A stretch of 63,104 nt of DNA, filler included, from Octopus bimaculoides (lineage: Eukaryota), in assembly GCF_001194135.2 (NCBI RefSeq). It is 7 parts of 7 records of this genome, joined end to end, with 100 filler letters (N's around TTAATTAATTAA, not from the genome) between each part and the next. Parts side by side here need not be neighbours in the genome. Positions count along the whole stretch, not along the records: positions 44,045 to 58,422 come from NC_068981.1; positions 58,523 to 60,863 come from NC_068985.1; positions 60,964 to 63,104 come from NC_068987.1; 4 more parts are not named here. One strand, 5' to 3'. Below the pieces are notes generated by a model that was given only the letters and a program-made list of their open reading frames with translations, did no database searches and was not told the origin of the DNA. The position numbers and the translations under genes are program-made. How positions within the stretch are numbered: position 1 is the first letter of the stretch; every line of letters starts with the position of its first letter. Shown piece after piece: positions 49,236 through 63,104 of this stretch.

Positions 49236-50339
49236 AACAACAACAATAACAACAACAACATCAGTAACTACTACTACTACTACTACTACTATATTATTAT
49301 TATTATTATTACTCCCTTGGTTTAATGTCCCATGTTCAAATACTTTCAGATCCAGTTATGTCTTTCATCATCCAGGGATGAAAACATAGCGCATCAGTAA
49401 TATACTTGGTTTCAATTTAATAGATTTATATGCATCTTTTTAAAAGATTGCTATATACCGAGACAATGAGTCATACATGCTTACATGTATGTATGAACAT
49501 ACATACATACACACATGTATACATATAAATTNNNNNNNNNNNNNNNNNNNNNNNNNNNNNNNNNNNNNNNNNNNNNNNNNNNNNNNNNNNNNNNNNNNNN
49601 NNNNNNNNNNNNNNNNNNNNNNNNNNNNNNNNNNNNNNNNNNNNNNNNNNNNNNNNNNNNNNNNNNNNNNNNNNNNNNNNNNNNNNNNNNNNNNNNNNNN
49701 NNNNNNNNNNTATAGAGAGAGACAGAGACAGAGAGAGAGCGATACATACATATGTACACACACACACAAGCGTACATTCGTATATACACACAAATACATA
49801 CATGCCTATGTATACACACATACATACATATACATACATGCTGATATACATACCTGAATGCATGAATGCATGCATGAATACATACATACATACATACATA
49901 CATACATACATACATACATACAAACATCCATCCATCCATCCATTTATCCATCCATCCATCCATCCATACATACATACATACATACATACGTATAAGATTT
50001 AACAAATTTGGCTTTAACAGTATGAAAATATAAATATTGTTATTGTTGTTTTGCCCAAGATCAAACATGACAATCCAGACTTTCTAGGGGTGCCAAGGAT
50101 TACGTTATTTAATTTTACCCTTTTCTATTCTAAGATGATAAATTGGATCATAAGAAATATTCGGCTGCTATTTGTAAGTTTAACGTATGAAAGTCAGTGA
50201 TGTGTTGTAATTTTGAAAGTGAATATAAGTGATAAAATAAAAGTGCATAGCACGTAAAATCATGTGTTAAAACAGAAATTTTAAACGTAAATATGAATCA
50301 TAATACGCAAGTACAAATGATAAATTGAAAATTTATGCG

Positions 50340-50620
50340 TGTAAATATAAACATAAATGTAAATTTAAACATAAATATGAATGAAAGAAGTAAATTTAAT
50401 GTAAATATGCGTGATAATACGTACATTGAAACGCAAGTGTCGGTAAAAGACGTAAATTTAAGCGTAAAAATTGCTGATAGACGTAAATTTAAATGTAAAT
50501 ATGAGCGATATTGCGTAATTTTAAGTATATTAAATATTTCAAAGTAAATGTATCTTCATACGTAAATTTAAACATAAAGATGGGCGGTAGAGGTAAATTT
50601 AGAAGTGAATGTTGACGATA
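50340..50620. repeat. Degenerate 31-bp AT-rich minisatellite
   Basis: GTAAATTT-like anchors at 50359, 50390, 50421, 50452, 50483, 50515, 50562, 50593. Confidence 0.7.
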
Positions 50621-51788
50621 AAATCTAAACCTAAAAATGTAAACGTGTAATTAGATGTAAAATTTATTATAGAAAATTTCAAACAATGAAATTTATTCGT
50701 TATGCAGAAAAAGTTTTTGATAGAGACGACAGGGAGGAAAAGTGATTGAGATAAGCAAAGAGTTACATTTAATTCCGACTAGCTCAGTTCTGTCAATAAA
50801 GATTAGCTAATTCTGTGGTTAAATCCCTAAAAGACTCATTTGCTTTTAAACTTTCCGGTATTGATGAAATAAATACCACACAGTTTTTTTTTTGGGGGGG
50901 GGGGTAGCCCCCTGGTCAGAACTGACCGAGCAGATTTATGGTTTTCGACATTCCGACCGCGAACCCTCTATCACTACATTTTTTTTTCAAACATAATTTA
51001 CTTATACGTAGGACTGTTATTATTCAATCTGTCTTTCTCATTTGAAAATACGGTAGGGTGTGATAAGGTGGAGATTTGGCTGCTATTTCTAGCATGTTGG
51101 AGCAATAGAAGCCGAGGAATATATCAGAAGGAAAAAGGAAACATACCATTATTACTTAAATATTACGACATATTTAGAAATGAAGCACCGGCCGCGTACC
51201 AGTGCCAGGCAGTGGATCGTTTCCTTCCGGGCCGCACAATAAGAATAAATTCTTAAATTTAAATTTTATTTTTGTTGAGTATCGCAACTTTTAGGATAAT
51301 TCTGCATTATGAATGTATTTTATTTGTAATATATATGTATTATATATTTAATAATTAAATTATATATGCACAATATTNNNNNNNNNNNNNNNNNNNNNNN
51401 NNNNNNNNNNNNNNNNNNNNNNNNNNNNNNNNNNNNNNNNNNNNNNNNNNNNNNNNNNNNNNNNNNNNNNNNNNNNNNNNNNNNNNNNNNNNNNNNNNNN
51501 NNNNNNNNNNNNNNNNNNNNNNNNNNNNNNNNNNNNNNNNNNNNNNNNNNNNNNNNNNNNNNNNNNNNNNNNNNNNNNNNNNNNNNNNNNNNNNNNNNNN
51601 NNNNNNNNNNNNNNNNNNNNNNNNNNNNNNNNNNNNNNNNNNNNNNNNNNNNNNNNNNNNNNNNNNNNNNNNNNNNNNNNNNNNNNNNNNNNNNNNNNNN
51701 NNNNNNNNNNNNNNNNNNNNNNNNNNNNNNNNNNNNNNNNNNNNNNNNNNNNNNNNNNNNNNNNNNNNNNNNNNNNNNNNNNNNNNNN

Positions 51789-51938
51789 TGGTGCGTTTAT
51801 GTTCCCGTAACTTACCGGTTCGAAAAAAGAAACTGGTAAAATAAGTACTAGGTTTACAAAGAACAAGTCTTTTTCTTCAACTAAAACCCGTTGAGGCAGT
51901 ACACCACTATGGCCGCAGTCAAATGACATAAAAGAATA
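51789..51938 (+). mobile_element. Family C SINE 3' half
   Basis: GTTCCCGTAACTTACCGGTTCG...TATGGCCGCAGTCAAATGAC. Confidence 0.8.
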
Positions 51939-51989
51939 GTATATATATATATATATATATATAGATAGATAGATAGATACACATTGAAT

Positions 51990-52062
51990 GGCTATGGAGG
52001 ACCAATAGAGTAAAATACGAATCAAAGGGGTTCATAGGCCAAAAAATGGTTGAGAACCTCTG
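51990..52062 (-). mobile_element. End fragment of the hAT MITE family
   Basis: Reverse complement of the first ~75 bp of 8547-8872; ends GGTTGAGAACCTCTG. Confidence 0.75.
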
Positions 52063-52311
52063 GCCTACATGAACGACTGGTCGGGTTGCTGCATGCAATA
52101 AACATGATGTAACACCGAGCGACCACCACCAAATAGTATCTATATCAGCGGTTCCCAATTTTATACCAACGTTGGATTTTCTCACTGATCCCAGACGTTT
52201 TGAAAAGTGGAAGGCAACAAACAGGTGAATAAATAAAATATTCTCTGTGGGCCTCGAACCCTTAATTTTTTTTTTTTTTTTTTTTTTCAAATTCAATGTA
52301 TATATACGTAG

Positions 52312-53090
<779 letters not shown>

Positions 53091-53794
53091 AACATTGCCA
53101 GAGATGGAAATGGGGAGATGTGTATGCGGGGCATATTTATGCGTAAGAAGTATTACAATATAGCTGTAGACCATTGCCAAACGTGGAAACATCAAAAATG
53201 GACTTTTACAGAAAGAAATTTCTAAAACCTGGTTCAGCTAACACTAAGCTCGCCTTACCAATTTCCTCTTTCAATTGAAAACTATATTTAACTCATTAAA
53301 TGTAAATTTTTACTACAGCCTTTTAAAACATTTGAACACAGCTCACTTAATGTCAGGATTTCAGTGAATCTCAGGTTGGGAATCACTGAGTTATGCACTT
53401 GTTTAAATTGTTAAACATAGCATCCAAATATTCTACAATTCCCACTCTGTCGTCTGAAATGAAGGCAATACACATTGGACAGTGAATACAAGAAGGTAGA
53501 AATGGACGTAAAATGGAACGGCTTTGATCATAAGTATGATTTGTTAGAGCTGATACAGGGTTAAAAAAAACAAAAACAATAACAAGTCGGACTTTATATA
53601 CAACAGATCTATACAACAGTTAGCTTATTAAAACAGATTAACCAGATATACGGTGGTTTGATAGAATCCCTAGAACGTCGAACAAAAATCCATTTGATAA
53701 TTTTTGCGGCTCTTTGTATCCTGAGATCATATCCCACCGAAGACAATATTTGCTTTTCATCCTTTTGTGGTTGATATAAAATACCAAGTAACAG

Positions 53795-54120
53795 GCGGCA
53801 AGCTGTCAGAATCGTTAGCATACTGGGCAAAATGCTTCTTGGCATTTCATCCATTTCGTGGCATTTCATCCATTTCGTGGCATTTCATCCATCTTTACGT
53901 ACTGAGTTCAAATTCCACCGTGGTTGATTTTTGTCTTTCAACTTTTCGGTGCGGATAAAATATGTACCAGTTGAGCACTGGGGTCGATGTAATCGACTTA
54001 CTTCCTTCCCCGAAATCACTGACCCTGTGCCAAAATTTGAAACCGATATAACGTACCAGATAGTTACTGAGGTCGATGTAACCAACTGTCCATCCCCTAT
54101 CCTAATATTTGAGGCCTTAT
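53795..54120 (+). mobile_element. Family M SINE with internal 19-bp tandem triplication plus a second 3' fragment
   Basis: GGCATTTCATCCATTTCGT x2 plus a partial unit at 53841-53891; GAGGTCGATGTAAC repeated at 54069. Confidence 0.8.
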
Positions 54121-54653
54121 GCTTATATAAGAAATTATTATGAGTAAATACAATACCAATAATATATATTTAAGATTGGTTGAGGAGAACAAAATGTCAA
54201 AGGGCACTCTACTAATCACGACCTTATCCTGTGGATCTTTCCTCGAAGTATGATTTGAAAGAGATTTGACTGTTATTTCTAGCAAGTCAAGCGACCACGC
54301 AGAGAGTCCCTTATTGGCTTATAACTGTTTATTATTCATGCAGTATAAGTTACTAAATTAAAAAGAGAAATTAATATGCAAACGTCCCATTACATTCCAC
54401 TTTCACGGATATATGTAGTTTGTTATCATCGTTTAACCCCAAGGTAGCCGTACAGTTTTTACTTTCCACCATCAGTGTAACAGAAATAATAACTTCGTGT
54501 ATTTACACAAGATCACGTATTAAGGACCCGTGAGGAGGAGTATATAACCGTTTCTATCGACCTCACAGATAGATTACTAACCCTTTTTTCGTCGACCCTT
54601 ACCACATGAAAGAGAAAGTCAAGCCTGATAGTTCTCAAAATCAGAACACGAAG

Positions 54654-54830
54654 TGCAGGGGTGGCTGTCTGGTTAAGAAGCTTGCTTTGTAACCAGATTG
54701 TTTCGGCTTCAGTCCCACGATGCGCAGCATCTTGAGCAAGTGTATCTGGTAGAAGGAAACAGTGTGGAAGTCCGTCATACGTGTGTGTGTGTATATAAGT
54801 ATGTATATACATACATATATACACTTACAT

Positions 54831-54917
<87 letters not shown>

Positions 54918-55295
54918 NNNNNNNNNNNNNNNNNNNNNNNNNNNNNNNNNNNNNNNNNNNNNNNNNNNNNNNNNNNNNNNNNNNNNNNNNNNNNNNNNNN
55001 NNNNNNNNNNNNNNNNNNNNNNNNNNNNNNNNNNNNNNNNNNNNNNNNNNNNNNNNNNNNNNNNNNNNNNNNNNNNNNNNNNNNNNNNNTGTGTGTGTGT
55101 GTGTGTGTCTTTGTGTCGTCTTTGTCCCCTCACCGCTTGATAACGGATGTCTGTGTGTTTATGTCCACGTAGCTTAGCGATTCGGAAATAGAGGTCCGGT
55201 ACCATACTAAATATTGGGGTCGATCTATTCGACTAAAAAACCTTCAATGCAGTGCCCCAGTATGGCCTTCGTCCACTGAGGGAAACAAGTAAAAA
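54654..55295 (+). mobile_element. Family C SINE spanning gap 54918-55089 within its microsatellite
   Basis: Head before the gap, 3' half after it. Confidence 0.8.
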
Positions 55296-55489
55296 ACAAA
55301 CCAAAATAATTTGACTTTTAATCCAACTCTTAACCGTTGTAGCACGACATTTTATTAATGTCGGGGGTTGAGCATAATCGATTATATCCAACTCACCTCT
55401 TGAGTGATATTTATCTTATTGACTTTGAGGTTCTATCTACTTTCTCTTTGCTTTGTTTTTGTTTTGGGGTTTTTGGGGTTTTTTTTTAT

Positions 55490-55942
55490 TTCCGTCATTG
55501 GACTGTGGCTATACTGGAGCACCGCATTGAAGATTTCGTCGAACAAATCGACCGCGTCACTTATATTTATTCGATATTTATTCGGTATTTATTCGATCTG
55601 GTATTTATTCGATCGGTCTCTGTTGTCGAACCGCTAGGGTACGGGGACTCAAACAAACCAACACTGGTTGTCAAGCGGTAGTGTAGAGAGAAGCACAAAC
55701 ACACGCGCGTGCACACACATTCGCGCGCGCGCGCGCGGTTATCAAGAAGAGACAAACATATACAAATATGCAATGAGTTTCCACACAGTTTCCGTTTACT
55801 AATTTTACTCACAAGGCACTGGTCGGCCTGCCAGTTATAGTGGAAGACACTTGCCCAAGATGCTGCGAAATGGGACTGAACCGGAAACCACGTGGTTCCA
55901 AAGCGAGTTTCTTAACCACAAAGCAAGCTTCTTAACCACAAA
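55490..55942 (-). mobile_element. Family C SINE
   Basis: Reverse of the tail, (CA)/(CG) internal repeat, then CAGTTTCCGTTTACTAAATTTTACTCACAAGG...GGGACTGAACCGG. Confidence 0.82.
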
Positions 55943-56629
55943 AAAAGAGAGAAAAAAAAAAAAAGAAAAAAAAAAAGAAAGAACGGATCGACACCCAGTT
56001 TTCAAGTTGTTCTTATTATTTAATCCCAGATCAACCTTGACCGAGCAGGAATATCATCAAAATCATTCTAGATTTGACTGTCATGCATGTATTTTTTTTT
56101 TTTCGGAAGCATTACCCTATGTTCCGTTTTTGGATTTGGTTTGCAAGATTTTTTATGTGATTTCGTGTGTTGAAGCATATTCTGTTGTGTCTGGGGAGAG
56201 TCATTTTCTTATTGTGCCTTAAAATTTAACACACTCACCGTTAAAATTTCCACTTATTTCTTATTTTTATTTTCCTAAAATTTTCGTTGCGTCTTACAAC
56301 CTTTTCAATAGTCTTGACTATGTCTTTCATTAAAAAAAAAATTATAATAATACAGTAAAATGTGATATGCGGGGGATATCACAGATATTTTTAGCAGGGA
56401 AAGGACATCGACTAAGCGTAACCACAACTATAAAATGAAACATTATCGATATTGTTTCACTCGTAGTGGATAGCATTGTAAGGAAAAGGGTAATCTATTG
56501 AAAGGAAACCGTAATACGGCTTCGATTTCCTGTTAAAGTTGTCAACGTCGTCACTGCCTGTTGGGAATGTAATAACGTCAATAATACATTTCTACTTAAC
56601 TTATTATTTATTTATCTATTTATTATTAA

Positions 56630-56826
56630 GATGGTGAGATAGAAAAATCGTTAGCACGCTGGACAAAATGCTTAGCGGCATATCTTCCGACTTTAAATGC
56701 TGCCGAAGTCGACTTTACCTTTAAACCTCACAAGGTCGATAGAATAAGTACCAGCTGAGTAACTGGAGTCAATATAATCGACTAGCCCCCTACCCTGAGC
56801 TTGCTGGCCTTGTGCTAAAATTTGAA

Positions 56827-56827
<1 letters not shown>
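56630..56827 (+). mobile_element. Family M SINE flanked by (TTA)n on both sides
   Basis: AATCGTTAGCACGCTGGACAAAATGCTTAGCGG...GGCCTTGTGCTAAAATTTGAAA. Confidence 0.8.
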
Positions 56828-57032
<205 letters not shown>

Positions 57033-57985
57033 NNNNNNNNNNNNNNNNNNNNNNNNNNNNNNNNNNNNNNNNNNNNNNNNNNNNNNNNNNNNNNNNNNNN
57101 NNNNNNNNNNNNNNNNNNNNNNNNNNNNNNNNNNNNNNNNNNNNNNNNNNNNNNNNNNNNNNNNNNNNNNNNNNNNNNNNNNNNNNNNNNNNNNNNNNNN
57201 NNNNNNNNNNNNNNNNNNNNNNNNNNNNNNNNNNNNNNNNNNNNNNNNNNNNNNNNNNNNNNNNNNNNNNNNNNNNNNNNNNNNNNNNNNNNNNNNNNNN
57301 NNNNNNNNNNNNNNNNNNNNNNNNNNNNNNNNNNNNNNNNNNNNNNNNNNNNNNNNNNNNNNNNNNNNNNNNNNNNNNNNNNNNNNNNNNNNNNNNNNNN
57401 NNNNNNNNNNNNNNNNNNNNNNNNNNNNNNNNNNNNNNNNNNNNNNNNNNNNNNNNNNNNNNNNNNNNNNNNNNNNNNNNNNNNNNNNNNNNNNNNNNNN
57501 NNNNNNNNNNNNNNNNNNNNNNNNNNNNNNNNNNNNNNNNNNNNNNNNNNNNNNNNNNNNNNNNNNNNNNNNNNNNNNNNNNNNNNNNNNNNNNNNNNNN
57601 NNNNNNNNNNNNNNNNNNNNNNNNNNNNNNNNNNNNNNNNNNNNNNNNNNNNNNNNNNNNNNNNNNNNNNNNNNNNNNNNNNNNNNNNNNNNNNNNNNNN
57701 NNNNNNNNNNNNNNNNNNNNNNNNNNNNNNNNNNNNNNNNNNNNNNNNNNNNNNNNNNNNNNNNNNNNNNNNNNNNNNNNNNNNNNNNNNNNNNNNNNNN
57801 NNNNNNNNNNNNNNNNNNNNNNNNNNNNNNNNNNNNNNNNNNNNNNNNNNNNNNNNNNNNNNNNNNNNNNNNNNNNNNNNNNNNNNNNNNNNNNNNNNNN
57901 NNNNNNNNNNNNNNNNNNNNNNNNNNNNNNNNNNNNNNNNNNNNNNNNNNNNNNNNNNNNNNNNNNNNNNNNNNNNNNNNNNNNN

Positions 57986-58044
<59 letters not shown>

Positions 58045-58374
58045 GTAAATATATATATATGTATATGTAAATATATATGTATATATGTTCGTGTATAGAT
58101 GAGTAGATACATACATACATACATTCATACGTAAATATATGTGCATACAAACATACATGCATGCAGACAGACAGACGGACAGACAAATATAGTAAATGCA
58201 GTTGAGCATACTATATGCATAGTCGCTTGTCTGTGGATATACGGTACACAGTTGTTAGTCGGTTTACGCGGTAGATTTGTTTTATGAAAAGTGTACACTA
58301 AATATAAATGCCATTATCGCGCGCATATACATTATATATATACATACATACATACATACATACATACATGCATG

Positions 58375-58422
<48 letters not shown>

Positions 58423-58824
58423 NNNNNNNNNNNNNNNNNNNNNNNNNNNNNNNNNNNNNNNNNNNNTTAATTAATTAANNNNNNNNNNNNNNNNNNNNNN
58501 NNNNNNNNNNNNNNNNNNNNNNTATATATACACATACACATATATATGTGGGGTGGTGGCAGTATATGTTTGTGTATGTATGTATGTGTGTATGTATATT
58601 CAGATTTTGTGGTAGCGCATTATTAATTCATATATTTCAGTGTGATATGATATAAAACACACTCGTACGTCTCTTTGTTAGAATCAACTCCTTGTAGAGA
58701 ATATAAAACATCTGTTTAAACTTATTTTCATTATTGCCAATCATTGATTCTCAACTGAGTTTAGAGACTAGTTTTATCAGTATAATTTATTGATGGTTGC
58801 TGCTTTGATAAGTCTTTCTAATTT

Positions 58825-58998
58825 AGGCACAAGGCCAATAATCTTGGAGAGAAGGGAGCTAGTCAATTCCATCATCCTCAGCGCTTTACTTCACCGATCC
58901 CGAAAGAATGAAAAGCAATGTTGGCCCCGGTGGGATTTGAACTTAAAATGTAAAGAGCTGAAATAAATACCGCAAGGAATATTTTCCGACACTCTAAC
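58825..58998 (-). mobile_element. Family M SINE, diverged
   Basis: CCGATCCCGAAAGAATGAAAAGCAATGTTGGCCCCGGTGGGATTTGAACT...CTAACGGTTCGGCCAGCTC. Confidence 0.75.
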
Positions 58999-59699
58999 GG
59001 TTCGGCCAGCTCATTGCCAAGGCGTTGCTTCATTAATTCATAAGAAACTGTCCAGCGAGATTTCTTATATCAGCATTTTGTATATTCTGCACTGAACTTC
59101 ATCTTTTTCGTTAATACTATCCCGAGAAGCCGTGAATCAATATTAAAACATTTAATTCCTATCTATTCGCGTTTCCTTTTACTTTTGCTACTATTTGAAC
59201 GTCCGTGAAAAAAAGTCTTTCATTGAAATTCTGCTCAGAGTAAAACAAGCCACTGGTAATTTCCAGTCTTGATTTCTTTAAGAGCATTTTAGATTGAAGC
59301 TATGCAAATATATTTACGATATTGGAGACTTACGTCAAGCAACGCATTAATATATTTTATTGATACTTTGAAATTAGAATTATTGAGAAAATGGCTAAAC
59401 ACGTGTGATAATCAATATTGCAAAGCCTGAATAAATACTGTTTTATTTTGAAATAAACTTCCAATTGTATCAATCGGAAAGAATCTTAGATACAAATCCG
59501 AGATGAGTATATCGATTATATTCAGCATATTAAAATGGCCACGTTAGTCTACAGCAGTTACCAAGTTTCCAACTTAAAGTACTTAGTATATAGTTATTTA
59601 AGATGTATAATCTTTTCCTCTTTAATTATAGAAATTTTCTTCTATATTATAATTCCATTCACAAGTACGATGCATTATACTTATGCAAATCAACCTCAA

Positions 59700-60110
59700 T
59701 ATTTGATCGGTACATTATTCCATTGACTCCACAAAGATGAAAGGCAAAGTTCAAATCATTACAAGGTCAGCTTAATCTTTCATCTTTCCAGGGTCGATAA
59801 AATTAAATAGCAGCCAAGTACAGGGGTCAATTCGACCGAGTAACCCTACCCTATAAATTTCAGGCCTTACCTTTATGTCAGAAACAATTCTTTAGGGCGT
59901 TGGATAGATGTAATCGTTAGAATGTTGGACAAAATCTTTTACGGTATTTAATGCGTCTCTTTACGGTCTGAGTTCAAGTCCTGCTGACATCTCCATTGCC
60001 TTTTATCGCGCCGAGGCTGATAAAATAAAGTACCAGTCATATATTGTGCCGATGTACTCAATTTAGCCTTGTTCCCATCCCCACGAATGCCAAAGCTTAA
60101 GCCTATATTA
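59700..60110. mobile_element. Several diverged family M fragments
   Basis: Core motifs at about 59730 (-), 59775-59880 (+), 59910-60100 (+). Confidence 0.65.
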
Positions 60111-60263
60111 GAAAAGTATTTTCAAAATTTAATATGCGCCATGTTTTTATTACTAATTGTAGAAGTTTCCTATATCATAATGTCGTTCATAACCAGGACA
60201 CATTATAGGAATATAAACCAACATCAGAATTTATTTGGCACTTTTATCGGTTATCTCTTTTAT

Positions 60264-60545
60264 ATTTTGCCTTTTACATGTTTCAGTCAGTAGACCGAGG
60301 TCATGCTGGGGCATCGCCTTGAAAATTTTTTAGTTGAATGAATTGATCCCGGTTTTATTTTTGATGCATGCTACTTATTCTGTCGGTACCTTTTGCCGAA
60401 CCGCAATGCGGGACGTAAAGACACCAACACCGGTTGTCAAGCGGTGGTGGGGGAACAAACACTCCTTCCACACACACACATGTATACATATATACTACAG
60501 GTTTCTTTCAGTTTCCATCAACCAAATCCCTTCACAAGGCTTTAA
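60264..60545 (-). mobile_element. Family C SINE, 5'-truncated
   Basis: CATGCTGGGGCATCGCC...GCCGAACCGC...CTTTCAGTTTCCATCAACCAAATCC. Confidence 0.8.
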
Positions 60546-60655
60546 TGGACTAAAACCCTTCAAGACGGTGACCCAGCGTAGGCACAATCCAATGACTGAA
60601 GTAATTGAAAGATAAAGGATTAAAGAAGTTCTAGATGCAGTTCTAGAAGTTCTAG

Positions 60656-60820
60656 GCGTAGGAGTGGCTGTGTGGTAAGTAACATGCTTACGATCCACAT
60701 GGTTCCGGGTTCAGTCCCACTGCGTGGCACCTTGGGCAAATGTCTTCTACTATAGCCTCGGGCCGACCAAAGCTTTGTGAGTGGATTTGGTAGACGGAAA
60801 CTGAAAAGAAGCCCATCGTA

Positions 60821-60863
<43 letters not shown>
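60656..60863 (+). mobile_element. Family C SINE 5' half, young, ending in (TA)n at a gap
   Basis: Near-identical to 32135-32300. Confidence 0.9.
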
Positions 60864-61096
60864 NNNNNNNNNNNNNNNNNNNNNNNNNNNNNNNNNNNNN
60901 NNNNNNNTTAATTAATTAANNNNNNNNNNNNNNNNNNNNNNNNNNNNNNNNNNNNNNNNNNNNAAAGCATGTAAGTGCTCGAGTTAAACCCAAGAGGCTA
61001 GACAAGTACAAGAGATACAGAGAAGAATTTCAACTCAGGCAGACTACGACCGGTGTACATATACGGATTTAATATGATAGAATTGTTTAAAACAAG

Positions 61097-61378
61097 GCGG
61101 CGAGCTGGCAGAATCGTTAGCACGCCGGGCGAAGTGCTTAGCGGTATTTCGTCTGTCTTCACATTCAGAGCTCAAATTCCACCGAGGTCGACTTTGCTTT
61201 CATCCTTTCGGGGTCGATAAATTAAATACCAGTTACGCACTGGGGTCGATGTAATCGACTTAATCCCTTTGTCTGTCCTTGTTTGTCCCCTCTGTGTGTA
61301 GCCCCTTGTGAGCAATAAAGAATTAAGAAACGTTAGCACGCCGGGCGAAATGCTTAGCGGTATTTTGTCTGTCTTTAC
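61097..61378 (+). mobile_element. Family M SINE full copy followed immediately by a second partial head (61328-61378)
   Basis: GGCGGCGAGCTGGCAGAATCG...CCCCTTGTGAGCAATAAAGAATTAAGAAAC|GTTAGCACGCCGGGCGAAATGC. Confidence 0.9.
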
Positions 61379-62295
61379 ATACCTTTTCAAATGCCTTTGC
61401 AAAGTCAAGGTATATCACACGTGCATCTGAATGGTCAAGCAGCTGTTTCAAAACTCAGTCGTAGTGCTGTAGGAGTTGTGTGATGCAGCTTTTTCCTGGT
61501 CAGAAGCCATGTTGTGTATTGTTCAGTAGGTCATTTTCTTCTAGGGACATTATCAACTTCTTTCTGATGATTCGCTCCATGACTTTACTGATATGCGAAG
61601 TCATAGAGATTAGCCTGTAGGTTTTAGCCTCTGTTCTGCTTCTACCTTTGTGGATAGGGCATATAATGCCTTCTCTCAGCTTTTTAGGAAGTTTACCACT
61701 TGCAAAGAAACTTTGGAAAGGTATCTGAAGTGGTTTCGCTAAAGCCTGCTTACATGACTTTAGGAGAATAGCTGGGAAGCCATCAGGACTAGCGGTGGAG
61801 CATGAGCTCATTTCATTTATGGCCGTTGTTACATCTGTTTCCTCAATGTTGATGCAACTGATGGCTGGTGCCACTTTTTTTAGAGCTGCAATATGAAAGA
61901 ATTCACCCGGATTCTTTTATCTGCATGTGTCCTAGAGGGGAAGTAAAGACACTTTTAAATTATTCACTGATTATCTCACTTATCCTTCCTGGGTCCGCTG
62001 TCAATGAGTCATTCCCTTGGAACAATGGTCTTATTTTATATATTGTATTGTGGCTGTTTCCTTTGCGAATTTATAGAAGGCTTTGGGATTTGTTTTTATG
62101 CTTTTCACATCTCTCTTTTCTCTCTATGTTCTTACCCTTTCGTGAGAGAGTTTGATCTTGTTTTCAGTTTCTAGAAGAGTCCGTATTAAGACAGACTTCT
62201 CTTTATACTTCAGTTGCCTATTCAGCCGCTTTGAAATGTTTGATTTGCGTCTCATGACGATTTTTCTGTCCCTAGGAATCTTGCTTGTCAGTGTG
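61379..62295 (-). pseudogene. APE-type LINE (CR1/L2/Jockey group) ORF2 fragment: pre-RT tether and RT N-terminus
   Basis: IKTNPKAFYKFAK ... ASPDGFPAILLKSCKQALAKPL...ICPIHKGRSRTEAKTYRLISMTSHISKVMERII...QHGF*PGKSCITQLL...VIYLDFAKAFEKV, with stops and frameshifts. Confidence 0.9.
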
Positions 62296-63039
62296 CTGGC
62301 ATGTTAATATGTATGTGTATGTATATATATTACACGCTCACACACACACACACACACACAAATATTCTCAAAGTGCCACATGCATTTATACATATATGCA
62401 CCAACATTGACATGTAAATATGTATGTATAGAGCTGCACATATACACATGTACACACAGGAAAAGGATGCAAAAATCCACCTGGAAATATAGTACGTATT
62501 ACACATACACACATATATTTATATACACCTACAGGCCTCGATACTAAGTCATACTGGTGCAATACAAACACATTATATATATTTTACACTCACATATATT
62601 TTACATACACGCATTTATATACTTGCACATTTTACATATACATCGATATACACATACCTCCATATACATACTCCGCACATTTTATTTAAATATCACTACA
62701 CTGATACGGTTATATACACTTAAATGTGCATTTCTATACATCCGCGAAAGTGAATACGTACATTGGTGTGTGTTACATATGCATAGGTGTGCACATGTAA
62801 GAGAGACTATAATACACACACATACACATACACACACATTTATGAAATACTTACTACGCACGTCAAGTTGTATACATACGAGTGCATTTAAACACACGTG
62901 CCCATGGACAGCTGCTTACATGTGTTACGCATATAGATTTATATATACACACAGGCACACACACTTACTTAATCTTCTATAAACACACACAGACACTTAT
63001 GAACTAGGAAGAAGAAGGTGAAGTAGGAGGAGGAAAGAA

Positions 63040-63104
63040 GGAGGAGGAGAAAGGGAAGAAGAAGAAGAAGAAGAAGAAGAAGAAGAAGAAGAAGAAGAAG
63101 AAGA
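63040..63104. repeat. (GAA)n microsatellite
   Basis: Direct inspection. Confidence 0.95.

Overview
AT-rich, microsatellite-saturated animal genomic DNA from a gapped draft assembly with about 20 N-runs. The SINE families and microsatellite density look like an octopod cephalopod (Octopus); this is recalled similarity, not a search result. I found no host protein-coding gene, rRNA, true tRNA or CRISPR array that I can support. Nearly all listed ORFs are microsatellite or N-gap artefacts. The real coding signal is transposon debris: R4/Dong, CR1/L2-type and RTE-like LINE fragments, two different Penelope-like (PLE) GIY-YIG endonuclease fragments, a hAT transposase, a mariner, a DD37D (maT) element and a Helitron helicase end. 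There are also dozens of copies of at least four tRNA-derived or LINE-tailed SINE families (my labels M, C, A, R) and hAT- and piggyBac-type MITEs. The most interesting item is at 18921-19410. It is a tRNA-headed (Pol III A/B box) short element whose 3' part carries a minimal Penelope-type hammerhead ribozyme and which sits beside an inverted copy of its own tail, suggesting a PLE-mobilised SINE/retrozyme. Further hammerhead-like motifs lie at 31.4 kb and possibly 6.25 kb. CpG content also switches from depleted to retained near the unsized gap at 12.55-12.65 kb.
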